DNA from: Gemmatimonadales bacterium
GTDB lineage: Bacteria > Gemmatimonadota > Gemmatimonadetes > Gemmatimonadales > GWC2-71-9
DNA length: 64,000 nt
Direction: 5' to 3'
NCBI GenBank assembly: GCA_038321865.1
Contig: JBBQFH010000015.1
Coordinates: 1 to 64,000, forward strand
Shown: one piece after another, positions 52,544 through 61,971 of the stretch
How positions within the stretch are numbered: position 1 is the stretch's first letter
How the letters are laid out: each line of letters opens with the position of its first letter
Translations under genes and position numbers: made by a program
The notes under the pieces: generated by a model
What the model saw: only the letters and a program-made list of their open reading frames with translations
Databases searched by the model: none
Told to the model about the DNA's origin: nothing

Positions 52544-55179
52544 CTGGCGCCTCGCAACTTCTCCTCGACGTAGCGGGGGAAGTTGGTGATGACGTTCAGG
52601 TGCGTGGCGCGAATCGGCGGCACTCCCAGCAGCAGGAGGAAGCGGCCGTCGGGCCCGACGTCCCAGCTCGCCAGCGCCTGGTTGAACTGGCCCTCGAAGA
52701 TCAGGTGCGGCGGCGCCGGACTCTCGCCCGGCGCCGGCACGGGAACCGAGAACCACCGGGTGGCCGCGCGATAGATCAGGTTCTTCCCGTCTCGGCTCCA
52801 GCGCGCCTCATTGGTCCCGGCTGGTGAGTACTTGCGCCGGGCGCTGGCGTCCTTGCCATCCACCGATGCGATGTACCCGCCATTCACGTCGTCCCACGAT
52901 ACCATGCGGCCATCCGGAGAAAAACGGCACCAGTTGAGCCGGGCGTCCAGCCGGACCGAATCCGCGGCGGACGGCGCCCGCCAGATGAAGCCGTTCGGGC
53001 TGCACCTGGTCGTCCCGTCCGGCGACTCGTCCTGGATGCCAACCCCGGTGGTGTCAAGCGTCAGTGCCGCCGACGACGCATGAACGAGCGCGTTATCGGT
53101 GAAGCGCCGCACCGTAATGTCACGGTCGTGACGGATCCAGTTGAGGGGCTGGGCGGTGCCCGTGAAGGTCGCCGCGTCGGCGACGTGGCGGACCAGGTCG
53201 GCGACGATGAGCCTCGATCCCTTTTCAGGATCCGGAACCGAGTAGGCCAGCCGATGACCGTCACTCGAGAGCGCATAGCTCTCCACGATCGCCGGCGGGA
53301 GCGGCAGCGTGTCGCGCACCTTGCCGGTGGCGTCGACCCAGGCAAAGCGGCTCAGCGCTCCGTCGCCGCCGGCGGCCCATACCAGCGTGCCGCTGGCGCT
53401 GAGGGCGAGGTGCCCGGTCGCGGTAAAGGCTTCGACGCGGACGTTGGCCAGAATAGGCTTGGGGTTCGCCAGCAGCCTGGCGCTGGCGAAATCGAACGGC
53501 GCCGCATACATGGTGCTGTCGCGCAGGAAAACGAGATAGTGGCCGGCCACCACCATCGGTTGCGCCCCCCGCACGAAGGCGTCCGGCGCGATCGTGTCGG
53601 TCGCACCCGGGGCCGTGATGCTGCGGGTGGTTCCCGTTCTGGCGTCAACCAGCTCGATCGCGGAGGTTCGCTGATTGGCGCCGACCAGGGCGTTGGGCCT
53701 GCCGGGAATCGCCGCCAGCTGGCTCACCAGACAGGTGGCCGCGGGGAGCCTGGCGAGCTCGCCGCCGGTCGCGGCGACGGCGGCCGGGCACCCGATGTAC
53801 CTCCCGGCGTAGAGGCGATCGTCATCGCTCCACGTCAGGTAGGTCAGCTGACCACTCGCGACCCGCGTCACGATGCCGTCGGCGAACGTCAGCCGGCGCA
53901 CCTGGGTGTCGACGACGAAGGCCGCCGAAAGCCCATCCGGGGAAAGCGTCGGGAGGACGGCCCCGCTGGTGTTGGGAAGCGGAGTGACCGTGCCATTGTC
54001 GGTGCGCACCAGGAGCAAGCGGGTTCCCGCCTGGTTCCGGGTGCCGTACACCACCGTCTTGCCATCGGCCGAAATATCGAGCGACCGGAGCGCCTCATCG
54101 TAGATCCAGCGACCGGCGATGAGAGGGGCAGAGTCCGGCAACGCGATCGACCAGAATCTCGGCTCGGCGCTGGCGGCGGCGGATGCCGCAGCCGATCGAG
54201 CATTCAGGACCGCGGCGGATGCGACGCCGAGCAGCACCAGGCCGACCGCCGCCGCCGCATAGAACCGGCGCTGCCACACCCGCCCGCCCGCGCTCGCCTC
54301 CGCCGCCGCCGCTCCCGACGTGTGGACCGAGAATGCGGGATTCCCCAGTGCCTCGCCAAAGGCCCTGGCACTCTCGAAGCGGTCGGCCGGCAGCTTCTCC
54401 AGTGATTTCGCCACCGCGGCCGCCACGTTCGGCGGCACCGATTTCCGAAGCGTCGTCACCGGGGCCACCGGCTCGACGATGATCTTCATGATGATCTGCT
54501 GCGCCGAGGCACCCGTGTGCGGCGGGGTGCCGCTGAGCATCTCGTAGAGCACGCTGCCGAGCGAGTACACGTCGCTCCGGGCGGTGATCTCCTTTTCGGC
54601 GGTCGCCTGCTCCGGGGACATGTAGTGCGGCGTCCCGAGCGACATGCCGGTTTCCGTCATGCGGCCACCGGCGGCGGCCGAGAGCGCCAGCGCGATCCCG
54701 AAATCCGCCACCATCGGGCGGCCATCGTGGAGCAGGATGTTCTCGGGTTTGATGTCGCGGTGGATCACCCCGTGCTGGTGCGCGTAGTGGAGCGCGCTGG
54801 CCACGTCGGTCGCGATGCGTACCGCTGCGTCGATGCCGAGCTGGGTGTCGCGGTCGAGCCTGCCGCGCAGGGTCTCGCCGTCGATGAACGGCATCACGTA
54901 ATAGAGGAACCCGTCGGCGGTCCCGGAATCGAACAGCGGGAGAATGTGCGGGTGCTGCAGGGCTGCGGTGGTGGTGATTTCCTGGATGAACCGCTCGGCC
55001 CCGAGGACGGCGGCGAGCTCGGGCTTCAGCACCTTGAGGGCGACCCGGCGTCGGTGCCGGAGATCCTCGGCGAGGTAGACCGTGGCCATGCCGCCCTGGC
55101 CGAGCTCATGCTCGATGCGGTAGCGGTCGGCGAGGGCGGCGGTGAGGCGTTCGCGAAAGGGATTGTGGGGGGAATCCAT
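52540..55179 (-). CDS. K14: Ser/Thr kinase-TM-beta-propeller
   Basis: 879-aa ORF; kinase domain closest to K3. Confidence 0.92.
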   Translation of the reverse strand: MDSPHNPFRERLTAALADRYRIEHELGQGGMATVYLAEDLRHRRRVALKVLKPELAAVLGAERFIQEITTTAALQHPHILPLFDSGTADGFLYYVMPFIDGETLRGRLDRDTQLGIDAAVRIATDVASALHYAHQHGVIHRDIKPENILLHDGRPMVADFGIALALSAAAGGRMTETGMSLGTPHYMSPEQATAEKEITARSDVYSLGSVLYEMLSGTPPHTGASAQQIIMKIIVEPVAPVTTLRKSVPPNVAAAVAKSLEKLPADRFESARAFGEALGNPAFSVHTSGAAAAEASAGGRVWQRRFYAAAAVGLVLLGVASAAVLNARSAAASAAASAEPRFWSIALPDSAPLIAGRWIYDEALRSLDISADGKTVVYGTRNQAGTRLLLVRTDNGTVTPLPNTSGAVLPTLSPDGLSAAFVVDTQVRRLTFADGIVTRVASGQLTYLTWSDDDRLYAGRYIGCPAAVAATGGELARLPAATCLVSQLAAIPGRPNALVGANQRTSAIELVDARTGTTRSITAPGATDTIAPDAFVRGAQPMVVAGHYLVFLRDSTMYAAPFDFASARLLANPKPILANVRVEAFTATGHLALSASGTLVWAAGGDGALSRFAWVDATGKVRDTLPLPPAIVESYALSSDGHRLAYSVPDPEKGSRLIVADLVRHVADAATFTGTAQPLNWIRHDRDITVRRFTDNALVHASSAALTLDTTGVGIQDESPDGTTRCSPNGFIWRAPSAADSVRLDARLNWCRFSPDGRMVSWDDVNGGYIASVDGKDASARRKYSPAGTNEARWSRDGKNLIYRAATRWFSVPVPAPGESPAPPHLIFEGQFNQALASWDVGPDGRFLLLLGVPPIRATHLNVITNFPRYVEEKLRGAR

Positions 55180-55313
55180 CCCTGAAGTCTAGCCCTCGGA
55201 GGCCACGCTTGGTTAGGGGTAGGGAACCTCCGGTGGCGGACTGCCAGACTGCCCCCGAGCCAGCGACAGCGGGGCGGCAATGGCGCCCACCAGGAGCCAA
55301 CCGGTCAGCGCTC

Positions 55314-56219
55314 TCACCGGCGTGTCACCACCAGTCCCATCGGCACTGAGCGAAGTCCACGCCAGCGGCGGACGGTGCCGCGCTCACGGATCAGCAGCTG
55401 ACTCGAGATCCCGCCGTCGAGCATCACGGCATTCCGGGCGCCGAGCGCGCCCATGATTGCCGTCATTTCGGGAACGGTGAGCCCGAATGGGAGGAAATCG
55501 AAGACGCCTCCAGCTCCATCGAACCGGGTCAGCACCAGCAGCACACTCCCGTCCGCTGTTTGGCCGAGCGCCGCGCGCGCATCGCGATGCACCAGATCAA
55601 CTCCCCTGCCCTCCTCCCGAAGCGGCTCGGGCACCACCCCATCCTGCAGGAGTCGCGGAAACGACTGAAAACCTGCGGCCAGACCCGCGACACTCCGGCC
55701 AGCAAGCAGCGAGGCAGTCGGAATCCAGTGGAGGCAGCCGCTGGAATCGAAGCCGATTCCGACCGACAGCGGACCTGGCCTGGCAGGCTGATATTCCGTG
55801 CCATTGAGCAGCACCCACCCCCAGGGACGCACGTGGGGAAACTGACCGGCATTGGTCGCCAGGATCGCATCCCTGGGGGCACGCGTTACCGACCAGGCCG
55901 CCCGGGTTCCCTCGCGGTTGAAGGCGGTATCGAGCCTGAATCGAACCGCGCCCGGACCCATGCGCGCTACGATCACTCTGATCCGGGTCGCCTCGCCCGA
56001 TCCGGCAATCCGGATCTCGGTCCAGTCGATTCCTGCGGTCACCGGCGTCCAATGCAGACTCCGGACAAGCGCGGGATGAGCAGTGGTCCATTCCGCCGGT
56101 GCCTCGCCAGAGTGCCACCAGGTATCCCAGCGACTCCCGGTCCACACGGAGAGCGACGACACGGGCAGGATGAGGACCGAAACGATCAGGACCGAAACCG
56201 GAACCTGCACGATTTTCAC
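55314..56219 (-). CDS. Phosphodiester glycosidase (NAGPA-like) family protein
   Basis: ATNAGQF, HRDARAALG and AVMLDGGISS motifs; GTG start overlaps the upstream stop. Confidence 0.82.
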   Translation of the reverse strand: MKIVQVPVSVLIVSVLILPVSSLSVWTGSRWDTWWHSGEAPAEWTTAHPALVRSLHWTPVTAGIDWTEIRIAGSGEATRIRVIVARMGPGAVRFRLDTAFNREGTRAAWSVTRAPRDAILATNAGQFPHVRPWGWVLLNGTEYQPARPGPLSVGIGFDSSGCLHWIPTASLLAGRSVAGLAAGFQSFPRLLQDGVVPEPLREEGRGVDLVHRDARAALGQTADGSVLLVLTRFDGAGGVFDFLPFGLTVPEMTAIMGALGARNAVMLDGGISSQLLIRERGTVRRWRGLRSVPMGLVVTRR

Positions 56220-57058
56220 TGACAGACGTTTTCCAGGTCCTTGCCGGCCTGGGTGAGGGCGGTCACCTCCGCCGTGGTGAGGCTCACCTCTTGCCGCTTT
56301 GCCCTCTGGCGGGACAGGAAGAGCCCGATTCGCTCGCAGGCGACTGCCATCTGGCGGGGATTCATCCCGCTCGTGTTCTGTTCCGCGTCGCTGATTGCCT
56401 GGTTCGCGGCAACGATCTGCTGCTGCAAAGTCTCGATCTGGGCTTTGAGGTCGAGCCACTCCTGCACGATGGCCGGCGTGGGCGCCGACCCGCATTTTTG
56501 CCGCGCCGCGACCGAATCGGCTGCGCTCGGTGCACGGGATCGCTCGAACTGGTCGGTCAACCGGCGAGCCTGGGCAGTGTCGCCCTTCGAATTCGCGACG
56601 GCGACGGCCACGCCAAGCTGCATCATCTTCTGCTGATCAGCCTGACTGTTCGTCGCTCGCTTCTGGTCTGCCAGGTCGCTCATGGTGGAATCCCGGCAGC
56701 GCTCGATGTCCTGGCGCTTCTCCTCTAGGGCGTTGATCTCCTCCACATGCTTCGCGTAAATCTGACCCTGGCGCGCGTCGAGGGGCGCTAAACGCCTTTC
56801 GAGCGCGGCCGGTCCGTTGGGGCCATCGGCAATCTGCCGGGCGGCGCGTTTCCCCGCGATCACTTTGGCGATCCGGGCAGGCGTGAGCTCCAGAACCACG
56901 TTGTCGAACGCCACCGCCTCGCCGGTCACAGCGGGGTTCGGAGACTGTTTGCCGATCGCCCGCTTGACGAGGCTGCCGAACTGAGCTTCGGCGGGACCGC
57001 AAAGACTCAGGGCAATCAGCGCGACGAACAAGGCGGGGAGGCATCTCGTTTTCGTCAT
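56216..57058 (-). CDS. Secreted helical hypothetical protein
   Basis: Signal peptide (AEA-QFG); coiled-coil character. Confidence 0.7.
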   Translation of the reverse strand: MTKTRCLPALFVALIALSLCGPAEAQFGSLVKRAIGKQSPNPAVTGEAVAFDNVVLELTPARIAKVIAGKRAARQIADGPNGPAALERRLAPLDARQGQIYAKHVEEINALEEKRQDIERCRDSTMSDLADQKRATNSQADQQKMMQLGVAVAVANSKGDTAQARRLTDQFERSRAPSAADSVAARQKCGSAPTPAIVQEWLDLKAQIETLQQQIVAANQAISDAEQNTSGMNPRQMAVACERIGLFLSRQRAKRQEVSLTTAEVTALTQAGKDLENVCQ

Positions 57059-57081
57059 GAGAATTCAACCGAGTTCGGGGA

Positions 57082-60063
57082 TCATTGCACGACGAAGGTG
57101 TTCGTAGTGCCCTGGTAGCGCACGGGTGTCGCCGTCGCGCTGCCCTTCCAGCCACCGACGAAGCGGATGCGATAGGTTCCCGGAGTGGCGTTGGTGGGAA
57201 CCGTCCACAGGATCCCTATCGATGAACAGCCACCACAAGTCGCCCCGGTCGCCGCCCCACCGGGCGTCCGGCCCCAAAACAGCTTCGTTTCGGGCATCGC
57301 ATCCCACGCGACCAGCGCCCAGGTCCCACCGCCGAGGTCGCGTTCGATCCGGAAGTAGGTGTTGTTCCGCCGCAAATCGTTCTTGGGGTGTCCGGAGCGA
57401 TAGATGACATGCACCACGCTTCCGCGCATCACCGTCGGTGGGGGCTGGGTCAGCACGTAACCGGGCAGCTCACCCGGCAGCAGCTCATCCGCGACGACGC
57501 CAGTCTGCAACTCGAGCTGTGGAATCAGGCTCAGGTCGGGCGGCGGGGGGCCACCGGTAACGGGCTGTCCGGTGGCCATGGCGCTGCCGAGCTGTCGAAA
57601 GACCTGTTGGTAGGCGTCGAAAGTCAGCCGCCCGTACAGGGTGGAGGCTCCTTCGTATTGCTGGGAGTCGTATTCTTCGGGCGTGGTGACATACCCGCTG
57701 TACTCGTTGGCCAGGCCAGTGATGACGACGCGCTGGACGCCGAGCGGAGCCAGCACGACCATGAGGCTGTCGTGCAGCCGGCGTCCGGCCTGCATGGTCA
57801 TCTCGCCTGGCACGCCGGCGATCGCCAGCGGTCCGACGCGCAGCAACTGGAACGGCAGGATTGTCGGAGTCCAATTGGTCAGCGAGCCGGTGGGAATCAA
57901 CACCGGCTTGGGGAGCTGACAGTCATCGCTGGACGCCACCATCGCACCGGTAACGACGGGCCCAAGCGGCGGCAGCAGCGCCGACACGGTAGCCACGACG
58001 GCCAGGCGGAAGGCATTCAACCCGGCCTGGTCTATGGTCCTCCCCAGCTCCAGGCCTTCCGTCGCGGGGCCGGCGCGGCCATCCTCGGCACCCGCGTTGA
58101 AGGAGGCGCCGTATGCTGCCGGGCAGAGAAACCTCAGTCCGGCGCCGTTCGTGAACTTCGTGGCCGTGACGGGATAGCCGGGCATGACGACGAACATGTG
58201 CCGGTAATCCACCTCACCCAGGACCGGGGTCTGGCCGGCGACGTTGAACAACGAGTACGCCGCATCGAATTCCCGCTGCCCGATGAGGTAGGTCGACTCG
58301 AACTCGTCTCGCCCCGGGCCCGTGAACACCGTGCCGGCGGAGGTGTTCAGGTTGGGAGACATGTCTCCTTCCGCCCCATTGGGAAACGCGGCGACGAAGG
58401 CGCCGTAGTTCTGCAGGGGTGGACTGCTGCCGAATTTCCGCTCGAAGAGCAGCGCGGCGTATCCCTTGTGATCCGAACTGACCAGGTGGTTGGTCTTCGG
58501 CATCGAGGTGTTATGGACCGCGTGCCACGCGATCGCACCGACCGGGTTGCCACTGCGCAGGATCTTGAGAACGGTCATCTCCCGGTTGATGCTCGCCGTG
58601 TCGGCGGGCGCGGGTTGTCCCCGTACCTCGGGGTTGCGCCGGTAGGCCACGGTGGATCGGTTCACCATCGTGCTCTCAGCGACTTCGCCGGATATCATCG
58701 AAACTGTGCCAGGCGCCAGGCTGCTGTCCGCCCTCGCAATGGCCTCGGTAATCCCGTCGACGATGGTCGCGTAGTTCTGCGCGATATGTCCGTACGTGGT
58801 GAGGTTGTACATCACGTGATGCGAGTAGCCGCCGGGCCCCGAGTGCGTGTGGGTCGCCGAGAGCATCACGTTCTGGTCGGTGTACCGGCCGCCGTAGAGG
58901 GCGTTGAGTTTCTTGAGTACACCCTGCTTGACCGAGCTGAAGAGCATCGCCAACTCGTTGCTGACCCAGGCCACTCGTTTGCCGGTGGTCGGGTTGGCGA
59001 AGACGAAGGCCCGCGCGAAAAGCCGCGTGTGCAAACCCGCAGTCTGCTGTGAGCTTTCTCCGTAGCCCATCATGCCCACCTCGGCAATCGGCCCGGTGAT
59101 ATCGCTGATCCCCGTTCCGACCAGAACGGGAGTCGTGGGGTCAACCGGTGCGGATGAGGACGGCATCAGCGTCGGCGTGGTGCGAGACCCAGGTCCGGCC
59201 GGTGCGGGGCCCATGGGCGTGGGCGGCGGAGTGGGCGCCGGCATTGGCGTGATGGTACCGGTCGCCTGGGCGGGGACGGCCGTCACCGGTGTCGGAGCGG
59301 GAGCCGGTGCCGGTGTCGGGGCGGGAGCCGTTACCGGTGGCGCAGGCGCAGGGGCTGGAGCTGGAGCTGGTGGAGCTGGAGTCGGTACGCCGGCGGCGAC
59401 CAGGCCGGGCAGTGGCGCACCCGTGGCGATCCGGAGCCCCGCCAGGTACACCGCGTTGAGGCCCTCGTCCTGCCCGCCCAGCCAGACGCGCAGCACCCGC
59501 CCCCGCGCGAACTGCTTGTCCAGCGTGTACAGCCGCCGCCCGTTGGTGTAGAGCTTCACCGTCGCGCCCGCGACCGCCAGCACCACGTGGGTCAGGGTGC
59601 CCGGCGTCGCGGCCGCGAGATCCGCCGGCATGTCCGATTGGTACATCTCCCCCCCGCCCCCCACCGCCATGATGTGGGCCGGGTGCCAGGTGAGCTCGAC
59701 CGACGCGACGCCACGGTTCCTCGCCGGCGTGCCCTCGAGCATCAGGTCCTCGGGATTGCAGCAGCTCTTGGGGATCAGGTCCACCTCGACCGTGAACACG
59801 TCCGGGAGCACCTGCGGCAGGGTGATCAGCAACTCCGACGGCGAGGAGGCCCGCAGCATGTGCTGGCCGTCGCGGTCCACCACGGTCATGGTGCCGTTTA
59901 GCGCCTTGACCGCGCTCGGGAATTCATCCAGCGCCGTGCCTGCCAGATCCAGCACGAAGAGGGAGGGCACGCCCGGTGGCGGACTGCCACGCTGCGCGAG
60001 CAGTGGCGTAGCAGGTGTCAGGGCCAGCGCCATCACCAGACCGATGCGATACAACGTCCGCAT
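57082..60063 (-). CDS. Neutral/alkaline ceramidase with an N-terminal CCNP domain and Pro/Ala/Thr linker
   Basis: DITGP..EVGMMGY, GLHTRLFARAF, SATHTHSGPGG, EGDMSPN and YEGASTLYG motifs. Confidence 0.9.
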   Translation of the reverse strand: MRTLYRIGLVMALALTPATPLLAQRGSPPPGVPSLFVLDLAGTALDEFPSAVKALNGTMTVVDRDGQHMLRASSPSELLITLPQVLPDVFTVEVDLIPKSCCNPEDLMLEGTPARNRGVASVELTWHPAHIMAVGGGGEMYQSDMPADLAAATPGTLTHVVLAVAGATVKLYTNGRRLYTLDKQFARGRVLRVWLGGQDEGLNAVYLAGLRIATGAPLPGLVAAGVPTPAPPAPAPAPAPAPPVTAPAPTPAPAPAPTPVTAVPAQATGTITPMPAPTPPPTPMGPAPAGPGSRTTPTLMPSSSAPVDPTTPVLVGTGISDITGPIAEVGMMGYGESSQQTAGLHTRLFARAFVFANPTTGKRVAWVSNELAMLFSSVKQGVLKKLNALYGGRYTDQNVMLSATHTHSGPGGYSHHVMYNLTTYGHIAQNYATIVDGITEAIARADSSLAPGTVSMISGEVAESTMVNRSTVAYRRNPEVRGQPAPADTASINREMTVLKILRSGNPVGAIAWHAVHNTSMPKTNHLVSSDHKGYAALLFERKFGSSPPLQNYGAFVAAFPNGAEGDMSPNLNTSAGTVFTGPGRDEFESTYLIGQREFDAAYSLFNVAGQTPVLGEVDYRHMFVVMPGYPVTATKFTNGAGLRFLCPAAYGASFNAGAEDGRAGPATEGLELGRTIDQAGLNAFRLAVVATVSALLPPLGPVVTGAMVASSDDCQLPKPVLIPTGSLTNWTPTILPFQLLRVGPLAIAGVPGEMTMQAGRRLHDSLMVVLAPLGVQRVVITGLANEYSGYVTTPEEYDSQQYEGASTLYGRLTFDAYQQVFRQLGSAMATGQPVTGGPPPPDLSLIPQLELQTGVVADELLPGELPGYVLTQPPPTVMRGSVVHVIYRSGHPKNDLRRNNTYFRIERDLGGGTWALVAWDAMPETKLFWGRTPGGAATGATCGGCSSIGILWTVPTNATPGTYRIRFVGGWKGSATATPVRYQGTTNTFVVQ

Positions 60064-60093
60064 AGCTCCTCCTCAGGGCGATTCGACTGGCCG

Positions 60094-61380
60094 CTACGGC
60101 CTCGGGCTGTTGGTCGCGATCCGGAGCTTGGCCAGGTACACCGCCTGGTCTCCATCGTCCTGCCCGCCAAGCGACAAGCGAAGCGTCCTGCCCCGGGCGA
60201 AGCGCCGGTCGGTGAGCGTGTACAGGCGTCTTCCATTGGTATAGAGCTTGACCGTGCCACCCTCGAAGCTCGCGGTGACTTCGGTCAGCGCCGCGGGCAG
60301 GATCACCTTGAAGTCCTCCGGCATCGGCGCCTGGTACATCTCACCAGCGCCACCCACGACACTCAGGCCCTCCGGATACCATTCGAAGCGAGCCGAGGCG
60401 GCGCCCTGGTTGACCTCGCCGATGGCGAGGTCTGCCGGGTTGCAGCAAGCCTTGGGAACCAGCTCGAGCTCGAGGGTGAAATGCGGGGGCAGCGGCTCCA
60501 GCAGGGAGACCAGCAACTCGGTCGGCCTGGACGCCTTGAACATCCGCATGCCGTCCTTTTGCACCCGCGTCCAGGAGCCCTGCACCACCCTGATTCCGGG
60601 GCTAGGCCTGGGAGGCTGGCCCGGCGGCGGCGCTGGCGGCGGCGGCGCGTTGAGATCGAACAATGTCCGGCTTCCCGGCACGAACCCGCTCGCGGCCCTG
60701 GCATAGAGTGCCGGAGGCGAATTGGTCGCGATGCGCAATCCGGCCAGATGGACCGCGTAGTCGGCTCCCTCCTGGCCGCCGAGGAACACGCGCAGCACTC
60801 TCCCGCGCGCGAACTTCCGGTCACTCAGCGTGTAGAGTCGCCTGCCGTTGGTGTAGAGCTTGAGCGTGCCGGCATCGTAGCTTGCGCTCACCTGGCTGAG
60901 GGTCCCCGGGAGTGTCGACTTCAGGTCGTCCGGCACGTCGCCCTGATACATCTCGCCGCCTCCCACCACCGCGAAGCTCGAGGAATGCCAGGTGACTTCT
61001 GCCGAAGCCACCCCCCGATTCTTCGTGAGGGCACCCTCGAACGTCAGGTCCTCGGGATTGCAGCACTTCTTGCCGGCGATCTCGAACTCGATCGTGAAAT
61101 CGGAGGGCAGCACCTCCGGCAGCTGCAGCAGGAATTCGGTCGGCGCATTGGTGAACAGGGTGGGCTTCCCGTCCTTGCTGCCGATGGCAAGGTTCCCCGA
61201 CAGCAGCTTCATCCCCTGCGGCAGCTCGCCCGGCCTGAGGCTCGCGAGGTTCATCTGGTAGATCGTGCGCGAGCCCGGGACGAACCCGCTCAGGACCGTG
61301 CTGCTCTGTGCCGCTCCGGAGCCGGCGAGCGCCGCGGAGAGGACGAGAAGGGCAAATGCAGCGGGGCGGCATGACGGCAT
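60094..61380 (-). CDS. Secreted protein with two tandem CCNP beta-sandwich-like domains
   Basis: Signal peptide; two copies of FVPGSRT...CCNP.DL...GEMYQ...KLYTNGRRLYTL...LRIATNSP. Confidence 0.8.
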   Translation of the reverse strand: MPSCRPAAFALLVLSAALAGSGAAQSSTVLSGFVPGSRTIYQMNLASLRPGELPQGMKLLSGNLAIGSKDGKPTLFTNAPTEFLLQLPEVLPSDFTIEFEIAGKKCCNPEDLTFEGALTKNRGVASAEVTWHSSSFAVVGGGEMYQGDVPDDLKSTLPGTLSQVSASYDAGTLKLYTNGRRLYTLSDRKFARGRVLRVFLGGQEGADYAVHLAGLRIATNSPPALYARAASGFVPGSRTLFDLNAPPPPAPPPGQPPRPSPGIRVVQGSWTRVQKDGMRMFKASRPTELLVSLLEPLPPHFTLELELVPKACCNPADLAIGEVNQGAASARFEWYPEGLSVVGGAGEMYQAPMPEDFKVILPAALTEVTASFEGGTVKLYTNGRRLYTLTDRRFARGRTLRLSLGGQDDGDQAVYLAKLRIATNSPRP

Positions 61381-61391
61381 GGTGGGGCTCC

Positions 61392-61853
61392 TCACGGAGA
61401 TGGAATAACCCGTTCGGCGAAATTGTTGCCCGGCCTGGGATCGGGCGTGTCGCTCATCGCCACCGCCGCAAACCCTCGCGCCACGCCCTTGGGCGGGAGA
61501 GTCGTGACGACGGTCAGTGCATGGGTGGTGGGCGACTGCAGGTTGCCGAGACGGCACTCGACGCGCGCCCGCAGCTCGCGGATGCCGTCGGGGCTCGGCC
61601 CGGCCTCGCAACCCGGAGCCATGCTGACGATCCCGACCCCTACCGGCAGGAGCACCTCCACCCTGGCGGCCAGCGCCTCGCCGGATTCCGCGGCGACCAC
61701 CACCCGCGCGCGCAGGTTCCCGCCCATTTCCGTTACCGTGAGACTGCGGACCTGCAAGTCGGCCTGCCAGAGGGCGTATTGCGGGGCGGCCTGATGGCCA
61801 TCCAGCAGGGGAACCGCCAGCAGACCAGCCAGTACGACGCGAAGTGGTACCAA
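61392..61853 (-). CDS. Secreted DUF11-like Ig-fold protein
   Basis: ADLQV...LPVG...C...VECRLGNL...TPDPRPGNN pattern. Confidence 0.65.
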   Translation of the reverse strand: MVPLRVVLAGLLAVPLLDGHQAAPQYALWQADLQVRSLTVTEMGGNLRARVVVAAESGEALAARVEVLLPVGVGIVSMAPGCEAGPSPDGIRELRARVECRLGNLQSPTTHALTVVTTLPPKGVARGFAAVAMSDTPDPRPGNNFAERVIPSP

Positions 61854-61971
61854 GGGGCAGACTCGCTCGACGAATCGAGGTTTTGTCCGTAGAATTGCGG
61901 GGCAAGCTACGGCAACCGGGTCACCCCCGAATCAAGCCTTCTCAACCGGCCATCAACCGCTGCGGAACCAA

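Noticed and set aside
59180..59400. Repetitive GC-rich tract as a DNA repeat element
   Set aside because: It encodes the Pro/Ala/Thr linker of the ceramidase, with synonymous variation between units.
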